Shown here: in pieces, positions 26,130 through 40,534 of the stretch
How positions within the stretch are numbered: the first letter of the stretch is position 1
Layout of the letters: each line of letters opens with the position of its first letter
Assembly: GCA_028534125.1 (NCBI GenBank)
Contig: CM052818.1
Coordinates: forward strand, 27,902,001-27,966,000
Direction of reading: 5' to 3'
DNA: 64,000 nucleotides
From: Lama glama
Taxonomy: Eukaryota
Translations under genes and position numbers: made by a program
Notes under the pieces: model-generated
The model's database searches: none
Told to the model about the DNA's origin: nothing
What the model saw: only the letters and a program-made list of their open reading frames with translations

Positions 26130-26990
26130 AGAGTTTTCCCTTATGTCACAGACTAATTCTTGTTTCTTCACTTTGAATCTCATCTCTATCCTGAAGTGTC
26201 GATATTACTCAGAACTTACCTCTCTTCTCACTGTGTATTGTGCAAAACTCTCATGGTTTAAATTGTCCGTATTTTGTTGGCACTCCCTCCCTCTCTGCTA
26301 TATAAGGAACCCTAACCTCTCTCCTGAATTTCCTTTCCATATTGCATGTTTCCTGCAGGCAACTTACTCTCTGTATATCTTAGCTGAACTCTTTGTTTAC
26401 TTCCCAAATTCCCAAAACCTATTTCTTGCTGAAAATGCCACCATTATCCTTTTTCTTAACCAAGTTAGAACAGAGATAATAATGACATCATGACTGCAGT
26501 TCTTTCACTCCTGCAGCATCTAGCACATTCCCAATTCCACTTGAATCTACCTCCTAAATATTTCTTAATTTTTTTCTACCATCCTTAGTCCTCCTTGCCA
26601 CTAGAGTAGTTAAGACTGTGTTCTCTCACTTAAATTGCTAAAATAGTCTCAAAATTGATATCCTTAAATAAGTTCTTACATTTCCTGTCATCAATATATG
26701 GCAAGAGTAATATTTTAATCTGCAAATACTGTTTAATAACTCAGGTACTCAAAGTTCTTAAGTGCATTTCCATTGAGGATGAATTCATTATCTTCACATG
26801 TTCTCCATGACCTCATTTACCTCCCAACCTCCTTACTTCCCACTGTTCTCATATTCTGTCTTCTAGTCACACAGATTTTTCATTCCATTCAAAGACGAGT
26901 GCTATTGCATCTAGACCTTTCATTTCTCCCCCCTTTTCTAGGGCTTCTTCAAAACAGGGTTTCTTTTTATGACCCTTGACTCCAGCTTTA
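26130..26990 (+). mobile_element. L2 LINE fragment
   Basis: C/T-rich L2 motifs 'gctgaactctttg...gaaaatgccaccatt...caagttagaac' and 'gaatctacctcctaaatatttctt...aaattgctaaaatagtctc'. Confidence 0.65.
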
Positions 26991-27939
26991 TTTCCAGATC
27001 AAAATATATACTGTGTACTAAAATTATTATAGCCACTAAATAATTTTTCAAGTCATATTAATTTCACTGGCCTTCAGATTTAAACCTGAGCATTTCCTCA
27101 AAAAGTATTTAGATATAGAAGGGATATATAATATGATCTCATAAGTCAACATTTCTTATAGTTAAAAGGCTGAAGGGTGAAACAATCAGACATCATAGAA
27201 AAATAAGAGTTACAGAGGTTAGATGAATTTGATAATTCCAAGTGATTGTGGCCATATGCCCAATGCAAAAATCTAGATGAAAAGTAATCTCAACAAAAAC
27301 AAACAAAAAGTCATAATAGAGTTTTAAAAAATTCCTTGCCCAAATGCCAAACATGTGGATGTTTGTAAACACTAGATTGACTCTTTTTCCATGTCTTTAA
27401 GTCATGACCATAACCTTGTCTACTGCAGTATATAGTGTTTTAATGGAAAGTGCATTATACCTAGCGATTGGAAATCTGGGATTATAAGCCTGACTCTACC
27501 TGTTCTAAATGTAGGATTTAAAAAATGTCACTAACAACTTTGTGTTAGCTTTAATCAAATGATAGTAACAGCTCTTCTTTATCTCTATCAAAGTAGCAGA
27601 ACCTGGGCTTGTAGGAAATGTTTCGAAGTCATTGAGAAAAGTACTTGATACATTCCAAGTAAAACACCACTAATCAGAGTGATCAATTTGGCTTTAAAAG
27701 AGTCCATCCTTTTTACATGAAGCTTCCTTCATTCATTTTTTTTTCCTGAGAAAATGAGAGAATCACTTCCTTTTACAGCTTGATTCCAGAGTAAAGATTA
27801 TTTTTACTTACTGTGTTCTATATGCACTTGTTTGTACTCAGCCTTGCCTATAAAGGACAAACGATGCCTCATTTTATCAGAATAACTACCAATTTTTAAG
27901 ACCTTAATACTGATCAGAAACTTGAAAAACCTTGTTTCT

Positions 27940-28050
27940 AATCGTTAGCACCGCCATATGAGATAAGTAATATTCCCATTTTACAGATCAGAGAAGTGTA
28001 GTACAGAAGTATGAATTAAGGTTTCAAGTCAGACTGAAGTTAATTTCAAG
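27940..28050 (-). mobile_element. MIR fragment
   Basis: 'atgagataagtaatattcccattttacagatcagagaagtgtagtacagaag' is the antisense MIR core. Confidence 0.6.
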
Positions 28051-28329
28051 GGAGGGTGAGAAATTTTTAAGGTAAAAGCCAAACATGTCTATGCCACATT
28101 TTAGGAAATTTTCAGGGAAGGCAAGTTGTGCTGTCAACATTGTTCACTGTGAATAAATGTGTCTTAAGTCTGCTCCTCCTGGATTTTTTGAGGCCGTGCT
28201 ATGTGAGCAAATGTCTGGACACTGGGACCTAACAATACTGAGTTTAAGAGAAGACATTCTCCATTTGCTATGTGAGTGTCTGCCTAAGTGGGCAATCCCA
28301 GTAAAGTTGACAAGCAAGTAAGGGTTATG

Positions 28330-28490
28330 ACATCAGAGAGACCTGGAGTCAGACTCCCACCACTTGTTTGTCTTATGACTTGGACAAACTGCTTAACCAC
28401 TTTGAATAGCGCTTTTCTGTCTGGAAAATGGGGGTAATAATAATTCTTTCACAGTATTTTTGTGAGGACCTAAAACATAATAAGTGCTCT
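28330..28490 (+). mobile_element. MIR SINE
   Basis: 'gacctggagtcagactcccaccact...tgacttggacaaactgcttaaccactttga...ttttctgtctggaaaatgggggtaataata'. Confidence 0.75.
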
Positions 28491-28739
28491 GTAGAACAAA
28501 GTATGGACAGTCATCCAAACATCCTGTTTTTCCTGTCTCTGACATTAGCACAGGAATGAGAAAAATGATCATTATATGTGTTGGAAAGATTTGAGTTCTT
28601 TAAAATTATTCCCTGTCCTTATGATCTCAAAATTTTAGTGACTATGTGCCCCCCCCCAAAAAGAATACTTTTTGATTCATAATGATGGTTGCTAACTTCC
28701 TTTACTTGCATTTAAAATATGTTCTCTTCGTGTAACATT

Positions 28740-28990
28740 TCTTTAATGTCTGTTTAATATCAGAAAGTATGCCACACACTGGGAATAAGTGGAGAATTAA
28801 GGTAGATAAAATCTCTTTCCTCGTACAGTAAGAAAGGTATACATTCATTTACTTCATTCAACAAATAGTTTTTGAACACCCACAATATGTTCTGTTCTAA
28901 GTATTGAGGATATAGTAAGAAACTAAGCATAGGAAAAGTTCCTCCTCTTTTGGAGCCTACATTTTTGTAGATGGGACAGAAAATGAGTAG
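28740..28990 (-). mobile_element. L2 3' end fragments
   Basis: 'cattcatttacttcattcaacaaatagtttttgaacacccacaatatg...gtattgaggatatag'. Confidence 0.7.
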
Positions 28991-29559
28991 GAAATGAGAA
29001 TGAGTATCTCAGCTTCTGATGTCCTTATTCTCCCCACTCCTGCTGCTGCTTTTCACAATTCTCGGCACTAGAAGTTGGAGAGGAGAGGGTGACCTGGGCC
29101 ACTGTTTTCTATCTAGATCATATCCTCTTAGGAAAAGGAGAATTTTTGCAATGTTAGGCATTGTATGCTGTTAGACATCCAGGCTTGGGAAAAAACCTCT
29201 CCTTTCTCTTTGTTCTCCTGATGCACTCACACCCACATGCATGTAGGTGTCGGAAGACATACACAAATTAGTTCTTTGCATTCTTCCTCTAACAGTTCTA
29301 ACCTCATCTTCTGCCTCCCCTACACTTATTCTGGAAGACACATGCCGAAGTCTGGCTAGTGAGAAAGGCATGTAATATTATCAAGTATTACTTAATTATT
29401 TTAATGAAAACACTGTGCAAGAACAACTTCAAGATAATTGCTCTCGCTCTCTTCCGATCAGATTTTCATGTTAAATTTCCTTGAATATGGAATTTCTGGA
29501 GCTTTTTTTTTTTTTTTATAAATTAAAGCTGTGGTAAACGTTACGACACAAAATTTCAG

Positions 29560-29900
29560 AGTGCATGAAAGTATACAAAGGGGTAAAATATTTAGATAAA
29601 GAGATGGTCTAGGAAAGCCTTTCTGAAACAAGAAATGAAAGTTGAGCCTAAAGAATGAATAGGAGTTAGGTGAAAAGCATGGCATATATGAGTGGGGGTG
29701 GGGAACATGTGCTAGGTCCTGTTAACAGTGTGTACACAGATACCAGAGCAAGTGGTCAGTAATTTTACAGAAATTGAACCAATATCATGTAGCTTGAACA
29801 TAGTAAACCAGAGGGAATGTGGTATAACACAAACAGGGAGAAATCAGCAGGAGACAAATTGGGACTTCAAGAACCTATAAGGATCTGTGGAATGCTTGCT
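29560..29900 (-). mobile_element. L2 fragment
   Basis: 'aggaaagcctttctgaaacaagaaatgaaagttgagcctaaagaatgaataggagttagg' is a typical antisense L2 segment. Confidence 0.6.
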
Positions 29901-29951
29901 GAAAAAGAAAGAAAGAGAAAAAGAAAGAAAAGAAGAAAAGCAAAAAGGAGA
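29901..29951. repeat. Polypurine (GA-rich) low-complexity tract
   Basis: 'gaaaaagaaagaaagagaaaagaaagaaaagaagaaaag' directly visible. Confidence 0.85.
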
Positions 29952-30049
29952 GCCATAGAAGGGTTTTATTATTCCACGTCATCTTTCCTGAATTCTTTTA
30001 AATTTTTAAAATATTCTTTAGTGTTCCGTTTTCATTTATCTGTTAGCCT

Positions 30050-32340
30050 TGGATGATCTTTTGCATCATATTTTTAGTGGATGCTCTGGGAATTATAATA
30101 TACTTATCTTTTACAGACTACTTAGTTAATATGTTACCTCTCCAAGTAAGATAAGGGAGGCTTCCAACCATATAGATCCTTTTACCCTCTCTTTTATATG
30201 GTATAGTTGCTATATATATTACATTTATATACATTGAAAGTCCCATCAGACCATTATATATGTATATATCTGTAATTATATTTAATATCTTTATTAGATA
30301 TTATGTTATATAATAGTACATGTTATGTATTATTTAATATATATCTTAGTATAATAACATCTTATTGCAGTATATGTAGTATATATTACCTTATATATAT
30401 ATCTTTTAATATTCATACATATTTTAAATAATTTAGAAGAGAAATGTTAATGTGTTTAACCAGATATTTGCCATCTTATCTTACTCCTGGAATTCCAAGA
30501 TGCCTTTTTTGTTTAATCCTTTTCCATAAACCTGAAGAATTTCCTTACAGAGCAGGTCATCTCACAACAAATTCTCTTAGTTTTTTTCATCTGAGATTGT
30601 CTTTACTCTTCTGTTATTCCTGAAGATATGTTTATTAAGTACAGAATTGAGTGTAGAATTCTTTTCCTGCAGCACTTTAACAATGTTGTTCTACTGTTTT
30701 CTGGCCTGTGACGTAACTATACATGTAGTTTTTAGCTGTTTGGTTATGATGTGTCTGGGCATGGTTTTATGAGTGTATCCTGTTGTTGGGTGGTTTATTG
30801 ACCTTCTTGAATCTATAGATTTATATACTTCACTAAATTTGGAAAATTTTCAGTCATTAATTCTTCTTTTTTTTTTTTTAACCACTTTCTCCTCTCCCTT
30901 GAGACTCTAATGACATAGATGTTAGATCTTATGATATTGTCCCACAGGTCTTCTGTTCTTTTATGTTTTAGTTTTTTCTCTTTATGTTCTTCAGGTTGGA
31001 TAATTCTTTTTACTCTATTTTCAAGGTTACAAATTCTCTGTCATCTGAAAGCACTGGCTGCTGCTGCTCAGAGTCACAGAGCACCACAAAGTAATTTACA
31101 AACTTATTTAGTTCATTTACTCAATTTTTAATTTTAGTTAGTGTATTTTTAGTTTTAAATTTCTATCTGCATCTTTTATATATATATTTTGTTTACTTTT
31201 CTGCTGAGAACTTCCATTAATTTCAAGAGTATTTACCTTTGCCTCATGGAGCATAGTCTGTTAGCTGCTTCAAAGTCTGATAATTTCAACGCATTTCCCA
31301 TGACAATTGGTTAGATTTTCTTGGTTCTTTGTATCACGAGTTATTTCTTGGGAATTTTTAATATTATATGGCTCTGGATTCTATTAATATCAGCTAAAAA
31401 ATGTTGTTTAGTTTTGCGTTTTAGTTGGCAACCAACCAAACTGCAAGTTCTGTGTCACCTTCTGTTCCAGTGTCAGTTTCATTTTCACATTTTTCCATGT
31501 TCTTTAAGTCTGTCCCATGCATGCAACACTCAGGAGTAGCCTGAGGCCTGGTGGTTTATATAGTAGTTCAGATCTCAAAGCCTTTGCTATGCTTCTTTGT
31601 GTTTAATACACATATTTGCAGATAGTGGGTGAGCCAGAGCTTTTGCCAGTTATTTCACAGACTTAAGAGATTCTCTTTCTTCAATTATATTCTCCTTGAG
31701 ATTTCTGCCAAACTGTCTAGAACCTAGCAGTGAGTCCCTTTTCCCAGCAATGATCAGAAGCACATTCTTATAATTTACCCCTTTGTATGTAATGTTGTTC
31801 TGTGTAATTAGGGTCACCCTGGGGCAAGCAGGGACTCAGAGAGAAAAAGAAGTTCCTTCCACATTCTTTGGACTTCAGCAGCGCACTTCCCAGGTCTTTC
31901 TGTCCAGGCAGATCGGTTTTCTCTTGGAGTTTTAAGTTCTGCTGCTGCTTCAGTGCAGCTCTGTGACCAAGTCTGTAGTTAGGATAGGATTGGAATAGAA
32001 CAAAGAGAGGAAAAAAAAATGAGAAATTTTCTCACAGTTTCCAGCTACAGGGTCCCATTTTCCTGATCACTTAGTCAGAAGCGGAGTGTTTCTTCCAGTT
32101 ATTCCTCTTTGCATTTTGCAACTAGGATGCCTTTGGGTTAAAGCAAAGATGTAAATGAAGAAGAATAAATCTTATTTCAGCACAGACCATTCTCCAAGTG
32201 TTGACTTCTCTCCTTAGTCGGCTGTGTTATTGTTTGCTTTTCAGTGTCCCTGTAGGGTTGTTTTTTGTATTCTGATTGGCATATTAATTATAGTGAGTGG
32301 AAGAGACAGGCTGTAGTAGGCTTACAGCAGCGTAAAATCA
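30050..32340 (-). mobile_element. L1M 5'/ORF1 region remnant with internal AT-rich expansion
   Basis: 'gagcaggtcatctcacaacaaattctcttagt...tttcatctgagattgtcttt' and 'ccttcttgaatctatagatttatatactttcactaaatttggaaaattttcagtcattaattcttc'. TA-rich low complexity at about 30250-30430. Confidence 0.8.
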
Positions 32341-35300
32341 TCTGAGTTCTCTTTTAGAGAGGATACCAAGTAGAAATATAAATTAATCAATGAGATGTAT
32401 ACTTCTAAAGCCCAGACTAGAAGAATTGAGGTACAGTATTTGGTCACCAGACTACACTCTCTGACTTCCTTTTAGAATAAAAAGCAAACCTACCTTGTCC
32501 ACATTGTTTTGGGGCAATGTATAAATCTAAAATGTGGAGGAATATGTTAGAAATAAATTATTAAAGCAAGTCCTGAATTAACTCAATATAAACCTTATAT
32601 GAACCCAAATTTCCTTCACCCAATTAAATATTTCGTTAAGATTTCTATGCACAAAATGGAAAACTAGTGAAATAACTAGAAGGAAGTCCCTTTAAAGTTG
32701 GAAAATTTCATGTAATTTTTGAACTATGCCAGCAAAGTAATGAAAAAATGTTTATGGCTACTTTACAAATAGCTCCCCAAATAACATTACATCACAGATG
32801 TAAAAAAAATGTTGACTTTTATCACTTTGCTTCAAGGAAAGCAAATCAAATAGTTTAATATAATTTTGTCTGTCCTATCATAAATATTTCAAACTATTGC
32901 TATGCTGATGGGTTTACTGGCACTGACCACTCGAATTTTCTCTGTCAGCCTTTGCCCAGTGGACTTCTCCACTGAAACATGTGCTTGATTTCTAACTTCA
33001 CAAGGCTATACACTCAAGCGTATTTGAAATCACTTAAATTCTGAAATCAGCCTGAGGAATAAAATGCAGTATTAAAAAAGTCATGAGATGGTATGATTGA
33101 AGCTATGTATGCATATTTTTAGTAATATATTCTTACTTGTCTTCACCACTGAATGATGAATAAATAATGAAATGCTTTTTGAATAAAGGCTATTAGAAAT
33201 CAATATAGTTTATCATGTAAGATTGGAAAATAAGATTTTACCATACAGAGAAACAGTTTAATCTTCTTGGCATTAGTTTCCATGGGTTTTCCTTATAGCC
33301 ATTAAATATACACAAAAGATAAGATGTTCAACAGATTCTTTTCATTGCTTATCAATAAATGAGAAAAGTCCATGTGGAGATAATGACCAAGTTAATTATT
33401 CTGAATATTCAGAGAACTTCAGTTGCTTCAGATATCTTAATGTAGCCAAAGATAGGTTATATGCTTTCCAGTTATCTCCTATTGGGGCTCCTATTGGTGT
33501 GTTGAAAATGACTGTGAGTTCCTAATTCCATTATGAACTCAAGGGACCTGTATCTTATTCGCCTAACATAGTAGACAATGAATAGTGTACTTTTCTGCTT
33601 TTCCTCAATCTTATCAAATGTTCTAGGTCAAGTCCAAATGTTAAGTACTACTTCAAGATATTTATGTTTCATTCTTAATGTTTGTACATTCACCTTGGGA
33701 TTTCACTTATTCTCATTGTTTCTCTAATTTATGTGCAATATATCTTGTATCATTGGGGACATTATAATCTCCTTGTTGGTAAGAAATCCACTATCTGCTT
33801 TTTGGACATCCTGGAGTATATAATATAGCACAGTGTACCTAGTAGGTATTAAGCAAATACTTGATAAATTTAAATTTAACTGAAAGTACGTACTTCCTTT
33901 AAACTTAGCAGATATAAAACTATAACCACCTAAGTTGCATAATTAAATCTCATTTCAGCATTTCTCCTCTGATATTCACTCTAACTAGATTTATTCTGTT
34001 TGAAGAGACATGGTAACTCTAAATGGATTTTGTAATCTATTCAAAATTGCTATTCTTTAGGTAGATTTTGGTAGTAGTTGGAACACCAGATACTAATATT
34101 ATCTTTGCTGTGTGACATGATTATCAAAGTTGAAGTTAAATGGCATGAATGGAAGTGAGTCTAAAACTGTAAAGTGACATCTAAATATCAAGAACTGTGA
34201 TTGATATTCCCACATTCTGTCTCAATGGTACGTCACTCCTTGATCTGCTCTTGAACTGGAGCCACATGAGGAGAGAGATAAGGTGTCACATTCCTTGTGA
34301 ATGAGTGTAGGATGCTATTTCTTAATTCCCGCCACTTCAAATGTGGATCGATAACACAATAATAAGCGGAAAATGGGATTTTTTTTTCCTCAATTACCAT
34401 TCGCTGCCCTTTAAAACAAAGAGATATAATTGATTTTCTCTGGTTTCTCAGCAGCAGGTAGCAGAAATAGAAGTGGTTTTCCTGACCTTCATGATGTTAT
34501 ACAACCTGTGAAATTAAATCAGGATGATAGAAAAAGGGAAGAAAACAAAGTGTTTGCATTGTCCTAAAGAAATCAAGTAAATTGGATAAATATTTGCCAG
34601 CATGGTGAGACAAGGCAAAAGAGAGAAAAGATATTAGATTTTTACCGTATTCTAATCAATTTCTTGCTATGAATCACCGAAGGGAAAAAACCTAGATACA
34701 GGGTTAAAGCAAACAGGAGTTTTTTTCTGTTGATGTCAGTATCTTTATAATCATCAAATGAAAATACTTTCAGTAGCAGCAGACACCTGTTCACCTAAAA
34801 ACCCATCTGTCATTTGGAGATCGGGGTCAATTATGCATTGACAAATATTGTGTCAATATTAATGCTTCCTTATGATCTAGAAACCCTTTAAGTACACACA
34901 TTTACCTTAGTGCTTCTTGTTAATATTGAAGAATAATTAGAGCCAACAGTCATTCTTTAGTGACTCAAAAGTGGCAACTGGCAAAACTGGTAATCTTCTT
35001 TAAAAGTTTGCAACATACCTTCCTAATGAAAACTCACATAAAAAAATTAGCTGTTGAAATATCACACAGTAAAAGGGTTCCCATGAAGGACTCGTAGTTG
35101 ACTCTGTCTATATAGACAAGATTTGTTCTTTACCTTTTTAAATTCAATTTCAAATTTCTCTTCTTATAAGCCTTATCTACTTTATTTAACCTGTCAGGCT
35201 GTGGTTGTGCCATGCCCTCTTCTTCAGAGAAGTTTTATTTATAAGTTCATCTGATGATTTTCTTTAAATTCAAGATCTCTTCCTGTTTTTCCCTGTGTGT

Positions 35301-37469
35301 AAAGCAGCTGCAGCACAGTAGTGCTGGCTGCTTGAAGAAGGTTAATAATACCTTGTTTATATGATGGCAGAAATGGGTCAGTTGTGCCCTATATGAAGTG
35401 GAGCAAAGAAGCACTATGTAATGCGTTCATTCTTGGTCAGTTAGGGTAGTACAACCCTGAGGAGGCACTGAACTGGCCAGGTTTAGCATAGACTTCTAAT
35501 TATCTGGTTTGGTGTTTCCATTGCAAAAGATACTGAGACCATGAACGGCCTTTAGTCATTAGAACATGAAATGTTGTAAGTTGATGATTTATTCATAGAT
35601 GGCATTCAGACTAGCTAAATTTTAAAATTACTTCGCTGAATTAGCACAAGAACTTTTAGAAAAATCTTTATTTGAATACGATAAATATATTAGATTTGCT
35701 CATTGTTTCCATCCCTGAATGTAAAAGCTAAGGACAAAAATATGTGTGCCTGGGGTCAGAAAATTGAAAAACTAAACAACCAACAAATGGCTTACCATAA
35801 TTTAAAATTCATTATAGTAAAACTTCAGTCTGATCTTGTTACCTTTCTGATTTTCCTAGTAGAGTATGAACAGATGAGGGCAAGTACCATTCATTTCTAT
35901 GTCTTCAGAACTTACTGCAGTTCTAGAACATAATCAGTAGAGAGTAAATGTTTGAGGAATAAGTAAATAAGTGAGTCAATGGAATTTTGATTTAATGAAG
36001 ACATCACAAAATGTAGAAGATTCCATTGGAAAAAATTGGGGGTTGGGTTTTATTATTTTGTCCCAAGGCACATTTGTGGACTTTGACTAATGTAGTGTTA
36101 GGCTTACTTAGTTTAATAGACACCCATGGGTAGCAGTGATCAAAAGTGCAGATTGCATAGATTCCTTAAGGTGAACTTTGTGGGTAGTCTGTGGAATATA
36201 GCATTATTGTATTTTTATGCTATTACTTTACCATCTTAAAGCATCAATACTCAAATTTCATGGAGGGAATTCTCTGAGTTACCTGTAGCAAGAACTTTTG
36301 TCACTCCAGTTTATGTATCAACTCCTATGTTGCTGAGTAGTCCCTGGACATTAGAATATCTATATAACTTTCTATTTATCTATCATTTATCTGTCTAAGC
36401 TATTTGTGACAGCCATTCTAAAAAGCATATGAAAAGGCCATTTCAAAAAGCATCTGAAAGGCTGATAATTTCTTTATGGTTTACAATTAAGTGTTTACCA
36501 CATTTAATGCTCACAGGGGAACTTGCATTTTTTTTCAATTTGGTACAGCTCATTGTTTTCCCATGACTAATATAATGATGTACCTAAATGAGAAAATAGA
36601 AGAATATTGCCAAAAAGTTAAATTAGCTTATCTGATTTCTTCTGGGAAAACTGCCATCAATTTACACATGGGCTTCTTTATATAATAAACCATTGCAGAG
36701 CATGTATTGACAAAGATTGTATTTTGAGGAATATGTGAGTATGCTTATTTAATTTAGACCCAAATGATTTCACTCTTTTTATTTTAATTTAAATTTTGTT
36801 TCTGAGGTCTAATTATGAAAATATTTGCCATGGAAAATAGTGTGTTAAGTAATTAGAATCTATAAATTTCAATATATCACAAGGCTGCCTTTCAATTTAA
36901 TGAGCCATTTTAGGCAGTCTACACAAAACAAAAACAAAAAGTCAGAAATTTTCTATAATTCCTTACATTAAAAAAAATCAACAACCTATTATTTAAACAT
37001 TTATCTGCTAAATGCTAGGCACTGAGGAGAGAAAGAATGAGGAAGATAATTAGGACTTGACTATGAAAGGAGTTTACCACTTGCTTATAAAAAAGTGAGA
37101 GTTGAGAACATGCTGATAGTTTGCTTAGTATGTGTCTAATTAGAACAAAGATGATGGGAGGTTATTTCTATGACTAGGTAAAGAAGGGCACACTTGAGAG
37201 TGGTTTTAGGAGAGCTAAGTGTAGAGAAAAAACTGTGCCCATACCTTGTCCCAAAGACAAAATTCTTAGTACAGCAACATCCTGGTGTGGTACCTCTTGA
37301 GATAAAAATAACTGTGTGAATTTAAACAGCGTAGCAGAAGGCACAGATATCAAAAGACTAAATGTATTGTAACAAAATCTGTGTTCTCAATTTTTGGGTA
37401 AGAAGGACATGGTGCACTCCCAAGATATGTATCTTGACTAAATTAAAAAAGAAATTCCTCAGTTGGATC

Positions 37470-38415
37470 CATACAGTACATTTATTTATGCTTAAAAGAT
37501 AGTTATACTGAAGATGCAATTCCAGGATGAGTTATTTTCCCTCAACACTTCTGCCAGTTTACTTGTCGTTCCTTCATAACTGATCTTTCGTCTCATCGGG
37601 CTGATTTAATCTTCTTAGCTAGTGGTTTTCTGTACTTTTGCTAGAATGTGATTGGATGTGGATGCCTAATGTATTCTGCATAGAATATAATATGATTTAC
37701 GTATTTATAGATTCAAGTGCGTCAGTGATTTTGAAAAATTCTCAACCACTGTATCTTCTAATATTGCTGCTCCTCTAATCACTCTGTTCTCTTTCTTGGA
37801 CTGTGATTAGGTATCTTTAGATCTTCTTACTCTTTACTTCACATCACTTAAGCCCTGTTTTCATATTCTGGCTGTTTTTATATATGTGCTACATTTTTGT
37901 TAATTTCTTTAGTGCTAAGTTTCAGTTCAGTAATTCTCTCTTTAGCTGTATTAATCTAATGTTTGAATCTATTCATTGGGTCAAATTAGGTTTAACTTTT
38001 AAAGTTTAATGTCATTTTTTTCATCTTCCCAGTCAAATGGATAATCACATCTTGCTTTCTCATATTGTGATTTCATGTTTTATTTTTCAGCATTTTATTC
38101 ATAGTTATGTATGCACCATTATTACAATATCTTAGTATACCGAGTCTGCCTATATAATGCCTTTACAGTGAGTTTTAGGTTTCATATGTTTTCATGTTGC
38201 TATTTAACATCCTTTCATTTCAACTAGAAGAACCTCACTTAACATTTCTTGTAAGGTAGGTCTGGGAAAGTCTCTCTTTCCTTCATTTCTGACAGACAGC
38301 TTTGCCAGGTATGGCATTCTTGGTTGGCAGGGGTGTGTGTGTGTACGTCCATGCATGTGCTTTTATTATATCATCCCATTTGTGAGTTTTCTGCTGAGAA
38401 ATTTGCCAGTCTAAT
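37470..38415 (-). mobile_element. L1M ORF1-region fragments
   Basis: 'tttgaaaaattctcaaccactgtatcttctaatattgctgctcctct' and 'aacatttcttgtaaggtaggtctgg...cttcatttctgacagacagctttgccaggtatggcattcttggttggcag'. Confidence 0.78.
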
Positions 38416-38419
38416 CAGC

Positions 38420-39025
38420 TGACCCTGCAATATCTGACTGAATTTCTCAAGATACTGTGCTACACTGAGGACATTGCATTGGTCACTGTTGCTGGGAGGT
38501 TAGATATTGCCAGTGGAAGAAAATAAATCAGCCTTGGTCACTGGGAATCCATGCTACTGGACTCATGCACTGCCTCCAACTCTGAATCCATGGCTATTCT
38601 GTTAGACCATTATGTAAGCACAGTGGTGAACACTGACAGAGCTGGCTGATGAACACTGACCAAGTCAATTTGCTACTTGGTTATTTAATGTCTTCCATTG
38701 TGGATCATTCTGGTGGGATATATATGTGTTACACATATCTTCATACTTTGTGCCCATTCCCATAAGTACAGCAGCATACATTTTCTCCAGAATAATTGGA
38801 CCCAGTCTTCTTATCTTTCTCTTTCCATAATTCTAACGAGCTGGCCAAGCTATTCACCACTGCCTCAAGCCACCTTTATCTTCACACAAGATACTGCATT
38901 GTGAAGATATCCTTCAGTGTTGTCTCTCAAGTTCAGTTATGTTTGGGACTGTAGCCATCACCCTTCATTCCTGGCTTGCACACATGTACCAAGCCAACTT
39001 ACCCATGAAGCATGGCTGGCCTTTT
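38420..39025 (-). mobile_element. ERVL internal remnant: RNase H to integrase zinc-finger region
   Basis: Minus-strand degenerate translation gives FMGKLAWYMCASQE (~FTDGSARYxGT), WEWAQSMKICVTH (~SEWAKNVKIFVSH), LNNQV (~FNNQVD) and HGFPVTKADL (~HGLPLTKADL), collinear with ERVL Pol. Confidence 0.8.
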
Positions 39026-39029
39026 TTCT

Positions 39030-40530
39030 CCTTTATTAGCCATTTTTCTCCAATTTTAGCCATTCTAGTAAGTTTGTAATGGTAGTTCATCATGGTTTTA
39101 ATTTAAGTTTCTTTAAGCCTAATGATGTTGACTATTTTTAATGTGCTTAATCATTAATATAAGTTCTTTTGTAAAAGATCTGTACAAATCTGGATATATG
39201 TCCACTTGAAAAGTATTATGTATGCTACTTTTCTTGGGTGTTACGTTCTGTAAATATCAATAAGCTCTATGAGGTGATGATTTCAGAATTTTATATTGCT
39301 CCCTTTTTCATTTTTTTCTTTCTGTATATTATATTCTGTATATTTTCTGCATATTAAAACTCTAATATTCAGATGTATACATTTTGATGTCTCTCTGATA
39401 AACTGGTAGTTTTATTATTATCAACTGTCTACCTGTTGTCATATATTTGTTTTGAAACCTATGTTATCTAATATTCAGATATTCACCTCAGCCTTCTTAC
39501 TGCTTGCATGAACCTTGTTTTTGCATCCACTTACTTTTAGCCTGCTAGTATCTTTATGATTTAAGTGTGTCATTTATTGTCCACAAAATATTCAATTTTG
39601 GGGCTGCTCTTTTGCTTTAAAAAAAAAAACTTGTGTTCAAAATTTGCTTTAAATTACATTAATTTAGTTTATTAACTTTTAACAATATTATTGATATGAT
39701 TTTATTTGAGTCTGCCATGTTATTTCTTCTTCTTACCTCTTGTTTCTGTTCTTTATTTCCAAGCTTTTGTAAAATTATTAAAATATTTTTAAGAACCCTA
39801 TTTTAGTTTTCCTTTTACTATACTTCTTTGCCTTTTCTTATGGCTCACTTAAAGATGTCATATTTCTATACATCTTTCCACAGTCTATTTAGGTTTAATG
39901 ATGATGAACTTCATGTATATAATTTACTTCATGTAAATTATATAAATATTTCAAACTTACAGGTTCATGTACTCCATTTCTTTATATTATAGTTGTTGTG
40001 TGTAAAAAAACTACATTAATTATTAACCCAACAAAACAATGTTATGGTTTCTGTTTTGAATGCATAGACTTTATAAAGAAATTTATAGGAAGATTATAGA
40101 GAGATACATAGTCTTTTGCATTAACACAGTTATTCACTATTTCCACTGTTCTTCATTCTATGAGAATCTGTGTTTTCTTCTGATATTATTTCTCTTTAGA
40201 TTAAAGACATCTCATTTGCACTTCTTCTACAGCAGGTCTGCTGGTGACAGATTGTTCTGCAATATTCTTTTATCTGGGTATGTCTTCTGTTTGCCTTTAA
40301 TTCAAAATAATATTTTTTGGGATACACTTTTTCCTAGCACTTTAAAGAAGTTGTTGTACTCTCTTTTCTGCTCTGTGATTTCTGATACAAAGCCAACAAT
40401 AGTTGATGTTTTTGTTCCCCTATAGGTAATATATTGTTCTTCTCTTGTTGCTTTCAGGACTTACTCTTTATCATTATCTTTCAACAGTTCCACTATGATA
40501 TGCCTCATCATAGACTTTTTTTTATTGTAC
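39030..40530 (-). mobile_element. L1M fragments (ORF2 to ORF1) lying between ERVL pol remnants
   Basis: 'agccattctagtaagtttgtaatggtagttcatcatggttttaattt', 'tgcatccacttacttttagcctg' and 'gcaggtctgctggtgacagatt...tttttgttcccctataggtaat'. Confidence 0.8.
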
Positions 40531-40534
40531 TGTA

